64,000 nucleotides of DNA from Macrostomum lignano (taxonomy: Eukaryota). The translations under genes were made by a program, and so were the position numbers. Positions 38,124 to 49,570 of this stretch are shown here, piece by piece. The notes under the pieces were generated by a model, which was given only the letters and a program-made list of their open reading frames with translations, did no database searches and was not told the DNA's origin. How positions within the stretch are numbered: position 1 is the stretch's first letter; each line of letters starts with the position of its first letter. Location of the stretch: NCBI GenBank assembly GCA_002269645.1, contig NIVC01002791.1, positions 1 to 64,000 on the forward strand, in the 5' to 3' direction.

Positions 38124-39652
38124 TAGTATATTTAATTTACTACCTAAATTATTGTCTAGGTAATTTTTTTATTTAATTTCTCTAGGCCTATATTAGTACA
38201 ATAGCCATAGCTATAGACTATTCTTCAAATATACTAATTAATATATACCAATGTCATAATACATGTAGCTTATAGCTTATATGCTTAATATTGATCCTAT
38301 ATTTTTTTACACTTATTGGTCTGGCTAGAAAAGAAAATAATCTATATTTACTGTTAGTTTTGTATTTATAATTAGCATATGCTATTTATTTTTATTAGCT
38401 TATACTTCTTTTCTATAATTATAATTAATTGCACTCCTATTATATAGCCATAAATTAGATTGGTTCTAGGCCCCCTATCATGGACATGTTTTTATTCAAA
38501 AACTCTTTAAAGACTTTAAAGCATAAAGACAGAGAGTATTTAATAAAATCGAAGCTTTATGTTATAATCTTGTTGAACCATTCCTTGTCTCTTTACTTAA
38601 CTAATATTTAACTAGTTTAACTAAATTTCCCTTCTGTCCAAAACTTTGCATAATCTTATAGTTCTAGAATGTTGGTGCCCTTGAAGTTCCTCGTTTTCTA
38701 CCAAGAGCCCCCAAACATGCTATGCTGTTAGCTATATACACTCATGCATTTAAACAGCACCATTGAGGCAGGTATGATTATGTATAATTATTATTACATA
38801 TACAACTTCTTCCCTTTGGTATAGTTCTATGCATAGTTATTTGGAAACTTAATATTCAGAGTATTTGTTCATTACTTTAAATTTATTTTGTATTTGTTAG
38901 TTCTGTTTTTTTGTTTGTTGTATAAAACTTTGTTCTTGGTGGTTTGTATAGATATAAGCTGTTGAAACCCATTACATTTAAGGAGTGATTATTCATGGAT
39001 TGGAATCTCTATATCTCTTCCATGGGGATTTGTACCATAATAGTTATGATTTTATATGTATAGATATCCATAGATGGGAATGTGTCCCAATGTGCAATGT
39101 TTGTATGATCTCATGTAGCATCTTCTGCCCCCTTAAAATCTCTTTCGTCCTCACTCTCTAAAATGTTCTGTCTCAATTCTGTAGAACTTCCTCCCACTCC
39201 CTCATGAAATGTGGCTCAATGTGACTCTGTGTCGATTGTAGCCACCTTTGTAAGTAGCTCTGGCAATGCGAACCTTCACTGTGGCCTCTACTCTCTTGAA
39301 CTGAACAGATGAATTTAATGGAATAGTTGTTATTCGCTAGATAGCAAAATATTGCTCACTGTAAGATCTGCTTTTTTGATCGCTTGACAATAAGTTACTG
39401 CATAACTTTGGGCATTAGATTACAAAAAAGTTTTGCACCCTTTGAATGGATGGGGAACCTTTTACTGGGCGTTGTGCAATAGCTGATAGCACTCCTTGTG
39501 GCTATTGAGAGTTAAGAAATGCTATGAAAAACCTCACAACACTTTTATCATTCCTTGAGTTTTGCTGATATTTTTGGGTCATAAATTCGATGATTTCAAT
39601 TTATACAGGAATTTTAGCCAGTGTCCATACTTTTCTACCTCTAAGTTTTCAG

Positions 39653-41539
39653 CAAGTTACAATGCGCTGGCGCCGTACATCAGCGTGGAATTTGTTTCTT
39701 TCCGAGAATTATCGAACCGAGCATGGGCCTTTTCGAGGTACCATTGTGCATTTTATGTACTGACGTTTTCATACTTTTACTGACAATGCATTTTAAAGTA
39801 ATTATGCAAATCGATTTTAGTTAGAATCCAGCGGCTTCGTAAAAGGTTTCTTCAAATCAAAAGAAACCAACCGTTGTCGTATCTGGACTTGCTGCAACGG
39901 TTAAGCTCTCGAAACGCAGAGTTTCGGAGCGGTGAGGCGAAAATCGATCAGCTGGCTGAACGATTGGTGCGTATCAAAAATCACGTTATGTGATTATAGT
40001 GGGATATTAAGACAGTCTCTCAGTATGTACATATATTGCGACATTTATAGTTAAAGCTTTATTTTTAAAAAATATTTGGTTTCATAGATGCAAACTTGCG
40101 AGGCTAGCGGCGCTTCACTGGCGCTATCGTTGTGTCTGCCTAACAAGAAAATGGTAGTCTATGAGACGTCTGATTCTATTGGACTTGTTAAAAAGTCTGG
40201 ACTGCACAATGTAAGCTAGTTTTATAATTTTTAACTCTTTATATTCCTCACTTTGACTCAAAAAATTCGCTCAAAATTATTTTTGCGCTTTCCTTGATTA
40301 AATTTTTCTGCATCAGAATTTGCGGCTAAAAATAAATAACTACTGTACTAATCTAATGCGATCGTTTTCTTCTTGACCTTTGCATCTAAAATTGTGAATT
40401 GAAAAATCCACTCTTTAATTATAGCTCATGGCGTCCTCAGCACCCAATCAGAGGCATTCCGCAAATTTACTTCGAAAGAAGGTCAGCAACCTTCTAATGC
40501 ACAAATTCCGTAAGTAGCCTCAAACCTTAAGCATTCTTTCGGGTCATTGGTAGAAAGCAGCGAGCAAATCGTCTATTTTTCAGTTTCTGCTGGTGGCTCC
40601 GGCAGACTGGAGTATAAGAAGTATGCCAATAATTGGCTTAATTGGCCTGCCGGAGTCAGGGCTGATCGCGCCCCGAAGCTGCTCAATTCGAGCGAACTGT
40701 CGGTCATCTGGGAGTGTCGCGAGCAGATTCGCTTTTCGACCGAAGAGCTGCTGCTGGTGGGCGGTCAAGCTGAGGCCGAGGTTGAAGTGGACACCGAGGT
40801 TGAAGTGGAGACCGTGGTTGAAGTGGAGACCGAGTCTGCTGGCCGAGGCGTTGTACTCAGCACCGCGGCAGCCCCGGTCTCCACTGGCCGAGGCGTTGTA
40901 CTCAGCACCGCGGCAGCCCCGGTCTCCACTGGCCGAGGCGTTGTACTCAGCACCGCGGCAGCCCCGGTCTCCACTGGCCGAGGCGTTGTACTCAGCACCG
41001 CGGCAGCCCCGGTCTCCACTGGCCGAGGCGTTGTACTCAGCACCGCGGCAGCCCCGGTCTCCACTGGCCGAGGCGTTGTACTCAGCACCGCGGCAGCCCC
41101 GGTCTCCACTGGCCGAGGCGTTGTACTCAGCACCGCGGCAGCCCCGGTCTCCACTGGCCGAGGCGTTGTACTCAGCACCGCGGCAGCCCCGGTCTCCACT
41201 GGCCGAGGCGTTGTACTCAGCACCGCGGCAGCCCCGGTCTCCACTGGCCGAGGCGTTGTACTCAGCACCGCGGCAGCCCCGGTCTCCACTGGCCGAGGCG
41301 TTGTACTCAGCACCGCGGCAGCCCCGGTCTCCACTGGCCGAGGCGTTGTACTCAGCACCGCGGCAGCCCCGGTCTCCACTGGCCGAGGCGTTGTACTCAG
41401 CACCGCGGCAGCCCCGGTCTCCACTGGCCGAGGCGTTGTACTCAGCACCGCGGCAGCCCCGGTCACCACTGGCCGAGGCGTTGTACTCAGCACCCCGGCA
41501 GCTTCAAGATTCTCTGGTGGAGGCGCTAGCTGGCTTTGA
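39653..41539 (+). CDS. Spliced gene of unknown function, 5'-incomplete, ending in a 15-aa repeat tail
   Basis: Exons 39653-39737, 39825-39966, 40088-40210, 40425-40509 and 40584-41539 are joined by four short GT-AG introns, all phase-consistent and stop-free. The product includes LLRKKVSNLLMHKFL...LEYKKYANNWLNWPAGV...LNSSELSVIW, an E/V-rich linker and 15x GRGVVLSTAAAPVST. Confidence 0.6.
40841..41500. repeat. 45-bp near-perfect tandem repeat (15 copies), in frame in the last exon
   Basis: GGCCGAGGCG recurs every 45 bp from 40841 to 41471. Confidence 0.97.
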
Positions 41540-41869
41540 AGTAACTCTGAAATTCCAAAAAATCGCACACAGTTACATACTCAGACACGCTCATACAGGG
41601 GTCTACATCTACTGTAGCTACGCCACTCACCCCCCTCTATATCAAGCAGTCAGTCAAGAAAATTACGTCTATATTTTTTTATTAAAATTTAGTATTTAAC
41701 GAGTGGAACTCCTCCCATCTTCCAGGGGAAGAACTCCCATCGCCAGAAGTTCATTCCCTGAAGTCCATCAGCTGAAATTTCATGACTTGAATCCCATCTT
41801 CCAAATCGTCTCCAAATCCTCTACAAAGCCTTTCAAATACCATATCTTGTTTTTCCTGTTTGCGGAGAC

Positions 41870-42205
41870 TCAGGTTCTCCTGTCTTTTCTCTCCTCTTTG
41901 CTCTCTCATCTCTCTCATTTCTCATTTCTCATCTCTACTTTGTTATCTATAATCTCTCATTTCTTATCTTTCCTCTCTGCGCTCCTGTCTTACACTCTTC
42001 TTCCCCTCACTATCTCCTCTTAGCTCTCTTATGTCTGATCTTTCATCTTTCTTCTCTCTCTTCACTCCCTTCTCCTCTCGCTTCACTCTCCTCTCTCTCC
42101 CTGCTCCCATCTCTACTCCCTTACTTATTTCTTTCTTCTCCCTCGTCTATCGTCTCTACTCTCTCCTGTCTCCTTTCTCCCCTCCCCTCTTCTCTTCTTA
42201 CTTCA
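41870..42205. repeat. CT-rich polypyrimidine low-complexity tract
   Basis: Cryptically simple TCTC/CTC sequence similar in style to 60130-61310. Confidence 0.8.
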
Positions 42206-43779
42206 TTCCAAATTATAGCTTAAATGTGCTTTAACTGATTTTCATTAAAATCTCCTTCATTAAACGACTATCTAATTATATCAACATTATTTCCGTCATT
42301 CAAGACTGTTAAATTTAAGTCTATAAAAAGATGCTTTCTAGTTTCAAAGTAACGAATATGATAGTCTGTGGGAAAAAGCGTGGTAGACAGACATCCACTG
42401 GAGAGGCAGAGGGGCCAAAGAAGGTTATTGGAGGTTAAAAAACAGTTTTCTGCTTTTTTAGGGAAGTTAAAATGTCAAAATTAAAAATTAAAATAGCATA
42501 AAGCCTGATGCTGAAAATTTGCAGTTTTCCCATATAAGTTTTGACGCTGACTTGCCAGTATTGTGGGAGTTCACTTGCAACACAGACAAACTACGCATCA
42601 GTTTTAGTATTAGGAGAGAAGAGAAGAGAGATTGGGATTTGGAAGCCCCAAAAATCCCGGTACAAAATCACATGCCGAACCCGTTAAGAGCATTTATTGG
42701 GACTCTAAATTTCCATAGTTTTAGTTTTAAAAGCTACTTTATCGAAATGGATCTCGTACGATTGTCAATTTTTGGCGGCTAATACGAGTGCAAGCGTATG
42801 TATGTAGCACATGTAGCTCGTGCTATTTTCTTTTCGGTTATTTTCCATGCATTTTTGCTTTTTTCACTTAAGCGTAACAAGGACTGTCTTTTGCGCCATT
42901 TTAGTCTATGCGTAGGGTTCGATTAGTATAGCTACTACTAGCACAATAAGACCCCATCGGGACCTTTAAATTCAAAATTCAAACATTGAAAGCATAAAAA
43001 TCGTTTTTCAAACATTTGACCCACCTCCCATTCGATTTTTTCATTAAAAAGTTATGCATGGTCTCTAAAAAATTAGGACTTTTTAAAAGCTAATTTGAAA
43101 AAAATCGGCTAGGCATGAGTTCTCGAAAAAATCAACGACAGACAGACGAACAGAGCAAAATTAGAATATAAATTGTTTCAAACTAAAAACAAGACCCTGT
43201 TAACTTTTTATATTAATAAGATTCCGTTCACCCTTAGTAAAATACTCGTATGTATTTAGTAAACTATTAGCAAACCTTTAGTTTATCTCTCCAACTTTAC
43301 CTGTCTAAAAGTACATGTGCGCCTTTTTTGATCAGTAGAGCAGCAACATATTTTCTTACTCCCATATTTTAGGCGTGAAACGATTTACTTAACTGCATCC
43401 GGTGCCTACTTTTTTATATTAGCCTGTTTGGGCCACTGTTTATTTCCTTCGAGTATATAATTGTAACTTGCAATAAAGTTATAGTGTAACAGGAAAATTC
43501 AATATGTTTACCACCATTGTTACTTTTTGTGTCATTACACAACTGTTACGAGAATTGGAAAAGCAAACAGAATGTTTTTGCTGTTTTTCAGTTACCTGTC
43601 ATTTTATTTGAGCTCATGCTTATTTCGATTAAAAAACGGTTTTCGATTTTAAATGGCTTTCATTAAGTATAGCTGAAAAGCAGATAGAACCACGAAAGTA
43701 ACCTAACCTAGTGCCCCTTGCTGGAAACTTGGCTCAACCTCCTGGGACCTTGGCTTAGCTTGAGACCTCCCGGAGCGCG

Positions 43780-43948
43780 ACCGTCGTTTCTTGATCTCCG
43801 GATTGCTACCGTCGTTTCTTGATCCCCGGATTGCAACCGTCGTTTCTTGATCCCCGGATTGCAACCGTCGTTTCTTGATCCCCGGATTGCTACCGTCGTT
43901 TCTTGATCCCCGGATTGCAACCGTCGTTTCTTGATCCCCGGATTGCGA
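43780..43948. repeat. Minisatellite, 28-bp unit ACCGTCGTTTCTTGATCCCCGGATTGC(A/T)
   Basis: About 6 copies. Confidence 0.92.
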
Positions 43949-45149
43949 CTTCCCCCGTCACCATCAAGGGCGAATTCCCCCGGTCGTCAGCAGTGAACAT
44001 CAAAGTGAAGAGCATCACCTGCTAGCTATCTGCGAAGATTGTGACATCAGCACCATCCCGGGTCTACAGCTGCGAAGCACTAAGCCGATTCGGTCACTGT
44101 GGATTACCTGGTCTCCGGCTGTTGAGTTTCTGATTGGTTGGGTGAGAGGCTACTTAGACTTGCTTGATTGGGTGATCCCCTATCTGTCCCCTAACTTAGT
44201 AGCTGGATTAGGCGCGCACTTTTGTTCAGCAGTGCTGTTATCGAGGCAGAAATAATTCAATAATACTGTTAGTAGTCTGAAACTTCAATTCAATCTGAAG
44301 TGTGAGGTGAACTAAGAAGAAGGTTAAATCTGACAGTTATCTTTATCGGTTTTATTTCTTTGCTCGCCGCGATGGCTCAGATGAGTAGCTAAGCTAGTAG
44401 GCGCCGGTCGCAGTGGACCAATGGCAAGGCAGTTCTCAGTCGATCAATCTATCAAATCAGTGAGCAAAACTGCTAACAGTGCAAAATCGGCGCTGGAGAT
44501 GTACTTCTGTGCGCTCTATATTCGCCAAGCGTCTCGGGTAATGATTCATGCGGTCTCTGAAGTTCGAGTTAGCCTAGCCTATCATCAGCCCTAGCCTATC
44601 ATCAGCGCTAGGAGAGGCTAGTTTATCGCGTTGAAGGCCAAGAGTACAACTTCTCGTATTTAGCAATGTAATAGTACATGTAGCTTGGTAATTTGGCCAC
44701 GCATCGCGCAGATTTGGAAGTGTCCGAAATCGTCCAAGTATTTTTCACTTTGTTAAATTGTTACACTTATTTGAGAAATTTCGCTCGCGCAACAGAATTG
44801 ATCAGACTGCAAGTCGCAGAGTTTGAATTTTGGATCGCGGCGGCCTGAAAAGTCTCATTCTGCTCAAAATGTTAAACTATCCTTAGCTAATGGCAAACTA
44901 TCCACATAGTCTGGTTAATTTGCTACCTCAATTAAAAGCTAGGTTAAACAATAGCACTAAAATTGAGTTGCATGACAAGCGCGCACTAGCAAAAGCAAGC
45001 ACGGCTAGAATGGGGATTAGCACAAGAGCTCAAGCATTTTGGAACAAGAGCGTATTGACACTGACGCAAGTACATGTATTTCACCTACATGTACCGTACG
45101 AACAATCATGGATTAGTGCCAGTATGCACACGAGTACATGTATGTTTGA

Positions 45150-46075
45150 CTTAGCTGCAGAGAGGGCATCATCCGGCGGATGCAGCGATCAGGAGCTAGG
45201 CGGAGGAGACCGCCCATTCCGCTAGCCTAGCTCTTGCGACCATGAATGACTTCCATCGAAGTGATGTCGCTCAGGGGGGCCGTCAGTCTCGCTTGCAGCG
45301 CGGTTCTCCTCACCGGCGGTGGGGAAAACTCAGCTAGCTGAGGTACCGGGTGCAGAGCATCGATATGCTCTCGGGCCTGCAAGCGTCGGAGGGTTTGGCC
45401 TGGGGTGAGTGAGTTTGAAGACCGGGTAGTGGCAGATAAATTGTTCTGCGTTTTACTACATGTACCTGCTGAGCGGCAGAAGAGCTTGGGGCACCGCGCA
45501 CCGCTCCTCAAGTACCTGGCCCTGAAGGAAGCGGTGGCGAAAGAAGCAGCCATGCATGCCCGGAGAGGGCCCATGTACATGTAAATGCTCTTAAGATCCC
45601 TGCGGTTGAGCCTAAGGAAGGCTCTACGCAGGGGAGACAGCAGCACGGGATTTCCTGCAATTTCGAGTGTCGATCGTGCCACCTGCGGAGATGCTCAGAG
45701 TCAGCCCAGAGCTTGGCGCGGGAGTTAATCACCGAGGCGCAGGGGTGGGAGCCCCCTGGGCCCGGTCCAGAAGCGCGCTGGCGGAGCCAGCCTTGCCGGG
45801 ATGGAAACCATAACATCGTGGGCCGGGATCCTTTTGAATTCCACCTGGTTGCCCAGCGCAAGTCCGTGGAGCCGGGCGTTGCAGTCCAGGACAGATCTGC
45901 AGTTGGTGGTGCTGCAGACGGCCAGAAGGACTGCTTGGCTGTCGGAGTGAAAAATAAATTTCTGACTGCAAGCTAAGCTGCCTTCGACGCAGCTCTGCCA
46001 CAGGAGCTGATGGCAAGCACCTCGCTCTGAAAAACACTGGAATTGAGTCCCAGTGCGCTGCTATTAGGTAGTTAA
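45150..46075 (-). mobile_element. 5'-truncated, frameshifted LINE remnant with RNase H (I/Loa/R1-type)
   Basis: Frameshifted translation gives SVFQSEVLAI and IFHSDSQAVLLAV...CNARLHGLALGNQVEFKRIPAH, which are non-LTR RNase H motifs (vFQAEvxAI, SDSQA, WiPgH). It continues into LSGH/RH...G...C and AEQFIC remnants of the C-terminal cysteine domain and ends CTGCAGCTAAGTCAA. Confidence 0.75.
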
Positions 46076-46366
46076 TAATACCTTTGCATGCTTAATATTT
46101 AACAAAACTTATCTCTACTTCTGCCGCTTACTGATCGCAAGTGGATCCACACGCAGCCGTGGAGTGGATTGAGCTGGACTAGTCAAGCGGACTAAAAAAA
46201 CGTATTTTACGCTGATTTGAAGAGCACTGGAAATTCATTGAAATTGAAGCATCGATATCTCAGCAACAGCTCAATATTTTGACAAGCGGTAAAGTACAGC
46301 TGGTGAAGAATTTCTTTACCTATTATCCAGTAAAATTACATGCGCCAAATTCATCGTTTTGAGGTA

Positions 46367-47011
46367 CAGTATGGCTCGGAAAGAAGTGCATGGAATTTTG
46401 GCGTAACTCCAGTAGTGGAATAAATGAAACTCCAGCATTTGAGCCTTGCAGACTTGCAGCCTTGCAGACTCCAATACTAGATTGATGGTCGATTTTAGCG
46501 TGTAGTTTAGTGCGACACTGCGACAATTTTATTATGCTCCAATGTTGGAGTTTTCTTATGCTCCAATGCTGGATTTATATCAGCCAGTATTAGAGTTTCG
46601 GCTTTGGCACCGGAAAAGTGCAAATAACTCTACTGGACGACCTTCTAACGCCCCGGAACCAGCGCCAATCGACTCAGGGGGCTGAAATTTATCAGAAAAT
46701 GTTGTTCGCATAGGCGCGAAAGCCACTCTGCAGAATGCCAAAAATTTGTATCCCGCCCCCCCCCCCCCTAGCTAGGTGCACTTGTCAAATTTACACCTGC
46801 TGCCGGTAAGATTCTGCAAGTAAACCGGCTGTGCTGCAACTTGCAACTAATCAAAACTACGCAAGCCGCTGAGAGCAGTGTCGCACTAAACTGCACGCTA
46901 AAATCGACCATCAATCTAGTATTGGAGTCTGCATGAGGCTCCAATGCTGGAGTTTCCTTTATATTCCACTACTGGAGTTATGCCAAATGCACTTATTTCC
47001 GAGCCATACTG
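46367..47011. mobile_element. Tc1/mariner-type MITE (645 bp)
   Basis: TA|CAGTATGGCTCGGAA ... TTCCGAGCCATACTG|TA, with imperfect inverted arms of about 150 bp (46367-46523 vs 46876-47011). Confidence 0.85.
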
Positions 47012-47339
47012 TAGTCCAGCTCAATCCACTCCACTCCAGTTGAACATAGAAAAATTTTTCAAGGATCTTTTGAAACGCAAGCACGGAAGTGTTAGCGCAA
47101 CGCTGCCCAGAATCAAGAGAATGGGCATGACAGAAGCAGCTGCAAAGAACTCTCATAGTGGAATTCAGTGGAAGTATGAGCAGGAAAGTTTGTTTCAATG
47201 GTTCGACCGAGCTGACAAATTTTATTTGTGTGAACGTAGGCACTAATGTAGTAAATAGAGGCTTTTTCCTCGGTAGAAATTCGAGCAATGGATAGAATTT
47301 ACACGTAGCTCGTCAAAACTGACAGTCTCTTCAATTCAT

Positions 47340-47476
47340 CGGTGACATCATGCTGACAACATGCGGATGGCGAGTGATCTGGTGGCGAAGCTTGAAGTTG
47401 TAGTCGTGAAGTTGAAGAGGCAACGCCTCCTCGCTGCGTCCGGATGCTCGGAACCCCTGCAGCTAAGTCAAGTAAC
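47340..47476 (+). mobile_element. Possible further LINE 3'-end fragment
   Basis: Ends in CCGGATG...CTGCAGCTAAGTCAAGTA, like 45150 (minus) and 35250. Confidence 0.35.
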
Positions 47477-48944
47477 CCTCTACCATTGTACACAACTCTC
47501 AAATCTGCGCAATAAATACATGTACATGTAGATAGTGCATGTGCACTTGCCGAGCACAGAAGGCACAACTTCTCCCGATATCCCGATATTGTGCTTCTTA
47601 ATTCAAATGCGTATTTAAGAAATTAATAAAATGCAATCCGTGTTTCCTGTTCAATTTATTTTCAGCAGTACAGCATTTTGCACCCCCTCATAATTTGGTG
47701 CCCATCGACTCATGTTGGCCTCTCAAACTTGGACCGCCGGCCCCTCCCAAAATGAAATTCTAGATCCGCCACTGCTCGTACATGATAAGATTGACTGAAT
47801 TTACTATTACGAGTACTAATATACCTATACTAATTATAGATCATTTGTCTCAATCGGATGGAAACAACTTACATATGCAAATGTCCATGTACCAGGGAAG
47901 TCATATGGCTATTTTAAAAGTGACAGGATGTCAGGCTATGGAAGCACGAGACTTTTCCACAGAGGCTTTTCTCACCGAGCTTTCCTCTCATTTTTAACCA
48001 ACAGGTGCTGCCGAGACAGAGGGCGAGAAGGAAAAAGGGAGGCCTGGAGGGGCAGACAAACTATTGAGACTACTGTAATGTAAAATCATATACTTTATAC
48101 CTCTCGCCCTATGGCTTTGCCTCCCACAATTCTTTGTGACCGTCACGTGACCATATTTGTGTCATCATCAAAAGAGAATTAGATAAAACAGGAATTTTTC
48201 AGGACAGGACAGAGTGAATTATCGTAAAAAGCATAGGTAAAAGCAATGAAGTCTGTTTTAGTTTGAGGCACATGTTTACAATATACAGTTAAGTATATAC
48301 TCGATCGTTTCGAGAGAAAATAAGCATCCATTACTAACAATTTAGAAATTCTGGACAAATCTTAGATTCAGTAGTATATTGTGATTGTGATTACTTTAAT
48401 CACATAGCATTAAGACAGTGAGCAGTTCTCGCTTATTGGCTAGGTGTTGAAGAGCAACGATATTGCATCATTTTGATTAGTTTTCTGCCATTTTCTGACA
48501 ACAAATTTCGAGTGTATTATCAAATAAACACGAAACTAGACAGAACACAAAAACCGGTAACTCAAACCAGGACTTTCCAATCATTTATGGACTTTATTAC
48601 AAGCTGATGTCTTGGATGACAGGTAGGATATACTAGTTAGGATATTTTTAGCAATTTATTGCAATTCATGTAAGCATCTTGAAAAAAGCTTTCATGTTAT
48701 TGTTTAAGCTTTTAGCATGAACGAAAAAACACAAACTAACAGAAGGCAAATATCAATTTCCTCAAATAATTTTTTACAACGGAAAGCAAATCAAACAAGG
48801 AAACAAAATTCACTACAAAAGCATTATATTCCACAAGCAAGGCTTCAGATCAGACTAAGAAGTAACCAAAAATACGAGTAAATGCAAATGTTGAGGAAGA
48901 AATTTATCCTTTAAACGTCCTCTAAATTCATGGCCATACTCGCA

Positions 48945-49430
48945 CCAGATAGCAAGACAGGGTACCCGTTGGATTTAGATTTTTTAAAGTAGGCATAAAA
49001 GGTGAAGAGTTTTGCACCTTCTACGCCACTTTCGCCTCTCATGCCTATTTTGTTCCACTCGTGTGCACTGCGTGTTCACCTGAATGCCTCTGCAGGGTCA
49101 AAAGGTAAATTTTGACGTGAGAACTTCCGTGCACCTGCTGTGCCTCACTTGTGAGCCTACTGTTCATATTTTGTGCACCTCCAAGGTCCCTTATGCACCA
49201 TTACTGCCCATACCGCCGCAACCAATCAAAATTGACGATTCCCCTACTGCCTGATGACTTCACCGATTTGTACACCTTTCATGCCTCTTTTCAAAAATAT
49301 TGGTCACATTTCGGCATAAAAGGTGCACTCAGGTGCATTTCTTGAAACACGCACGAAATAGGCCACTAAAGTGCCTCTTTTGTGCACTTCGCTCACCTTT
49401 TATGCGTACGCAGGTGCATAAATTTTAAAC
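48945..49430. other. Putative 3' subterminal region of the KDZ element
   Basis: Dense GTGCAC/TGCCT/AGGCA motifs downstream of the transposase. CCAGATAGCAA at 48945 is only a candidate terminus; no TSD was confirmed. Confidence 0.3.
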
Positions 49431-49570
49431 GTTTAAGAAGCGCTAAGAAGTGCATATAGTGGCATCGGTGAAATACGATTTTTATTTAGAACCGGATACA
49501 AAAAATTACAAGATATTGGAACTTAAGGAGCTAATTGCAGCAGAGTTCGGCCAAAAAGGCGAGATCGAAA

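Noticed and set aside
40765-41568. Minus-strand mucin-like STTPRPVET ORF
   Set aside because: The plus-strand frame is tied to four phase-consistent introns, whereas this frame has no supporting splice model; it is not fully excluded.
44400-44445. tRNA gene (GTCGCAGTGGACCAATGGCAAGGCA)
   Set aside because: Only an A-box-like 5' half is present, with no B box or cloverleaf; at most a decayed SINE head.
46944-47246. ORF resembling a transposase C-terminus
   Set aside because: It starts within the MITE arm and has no diagnostic catalytic motif.
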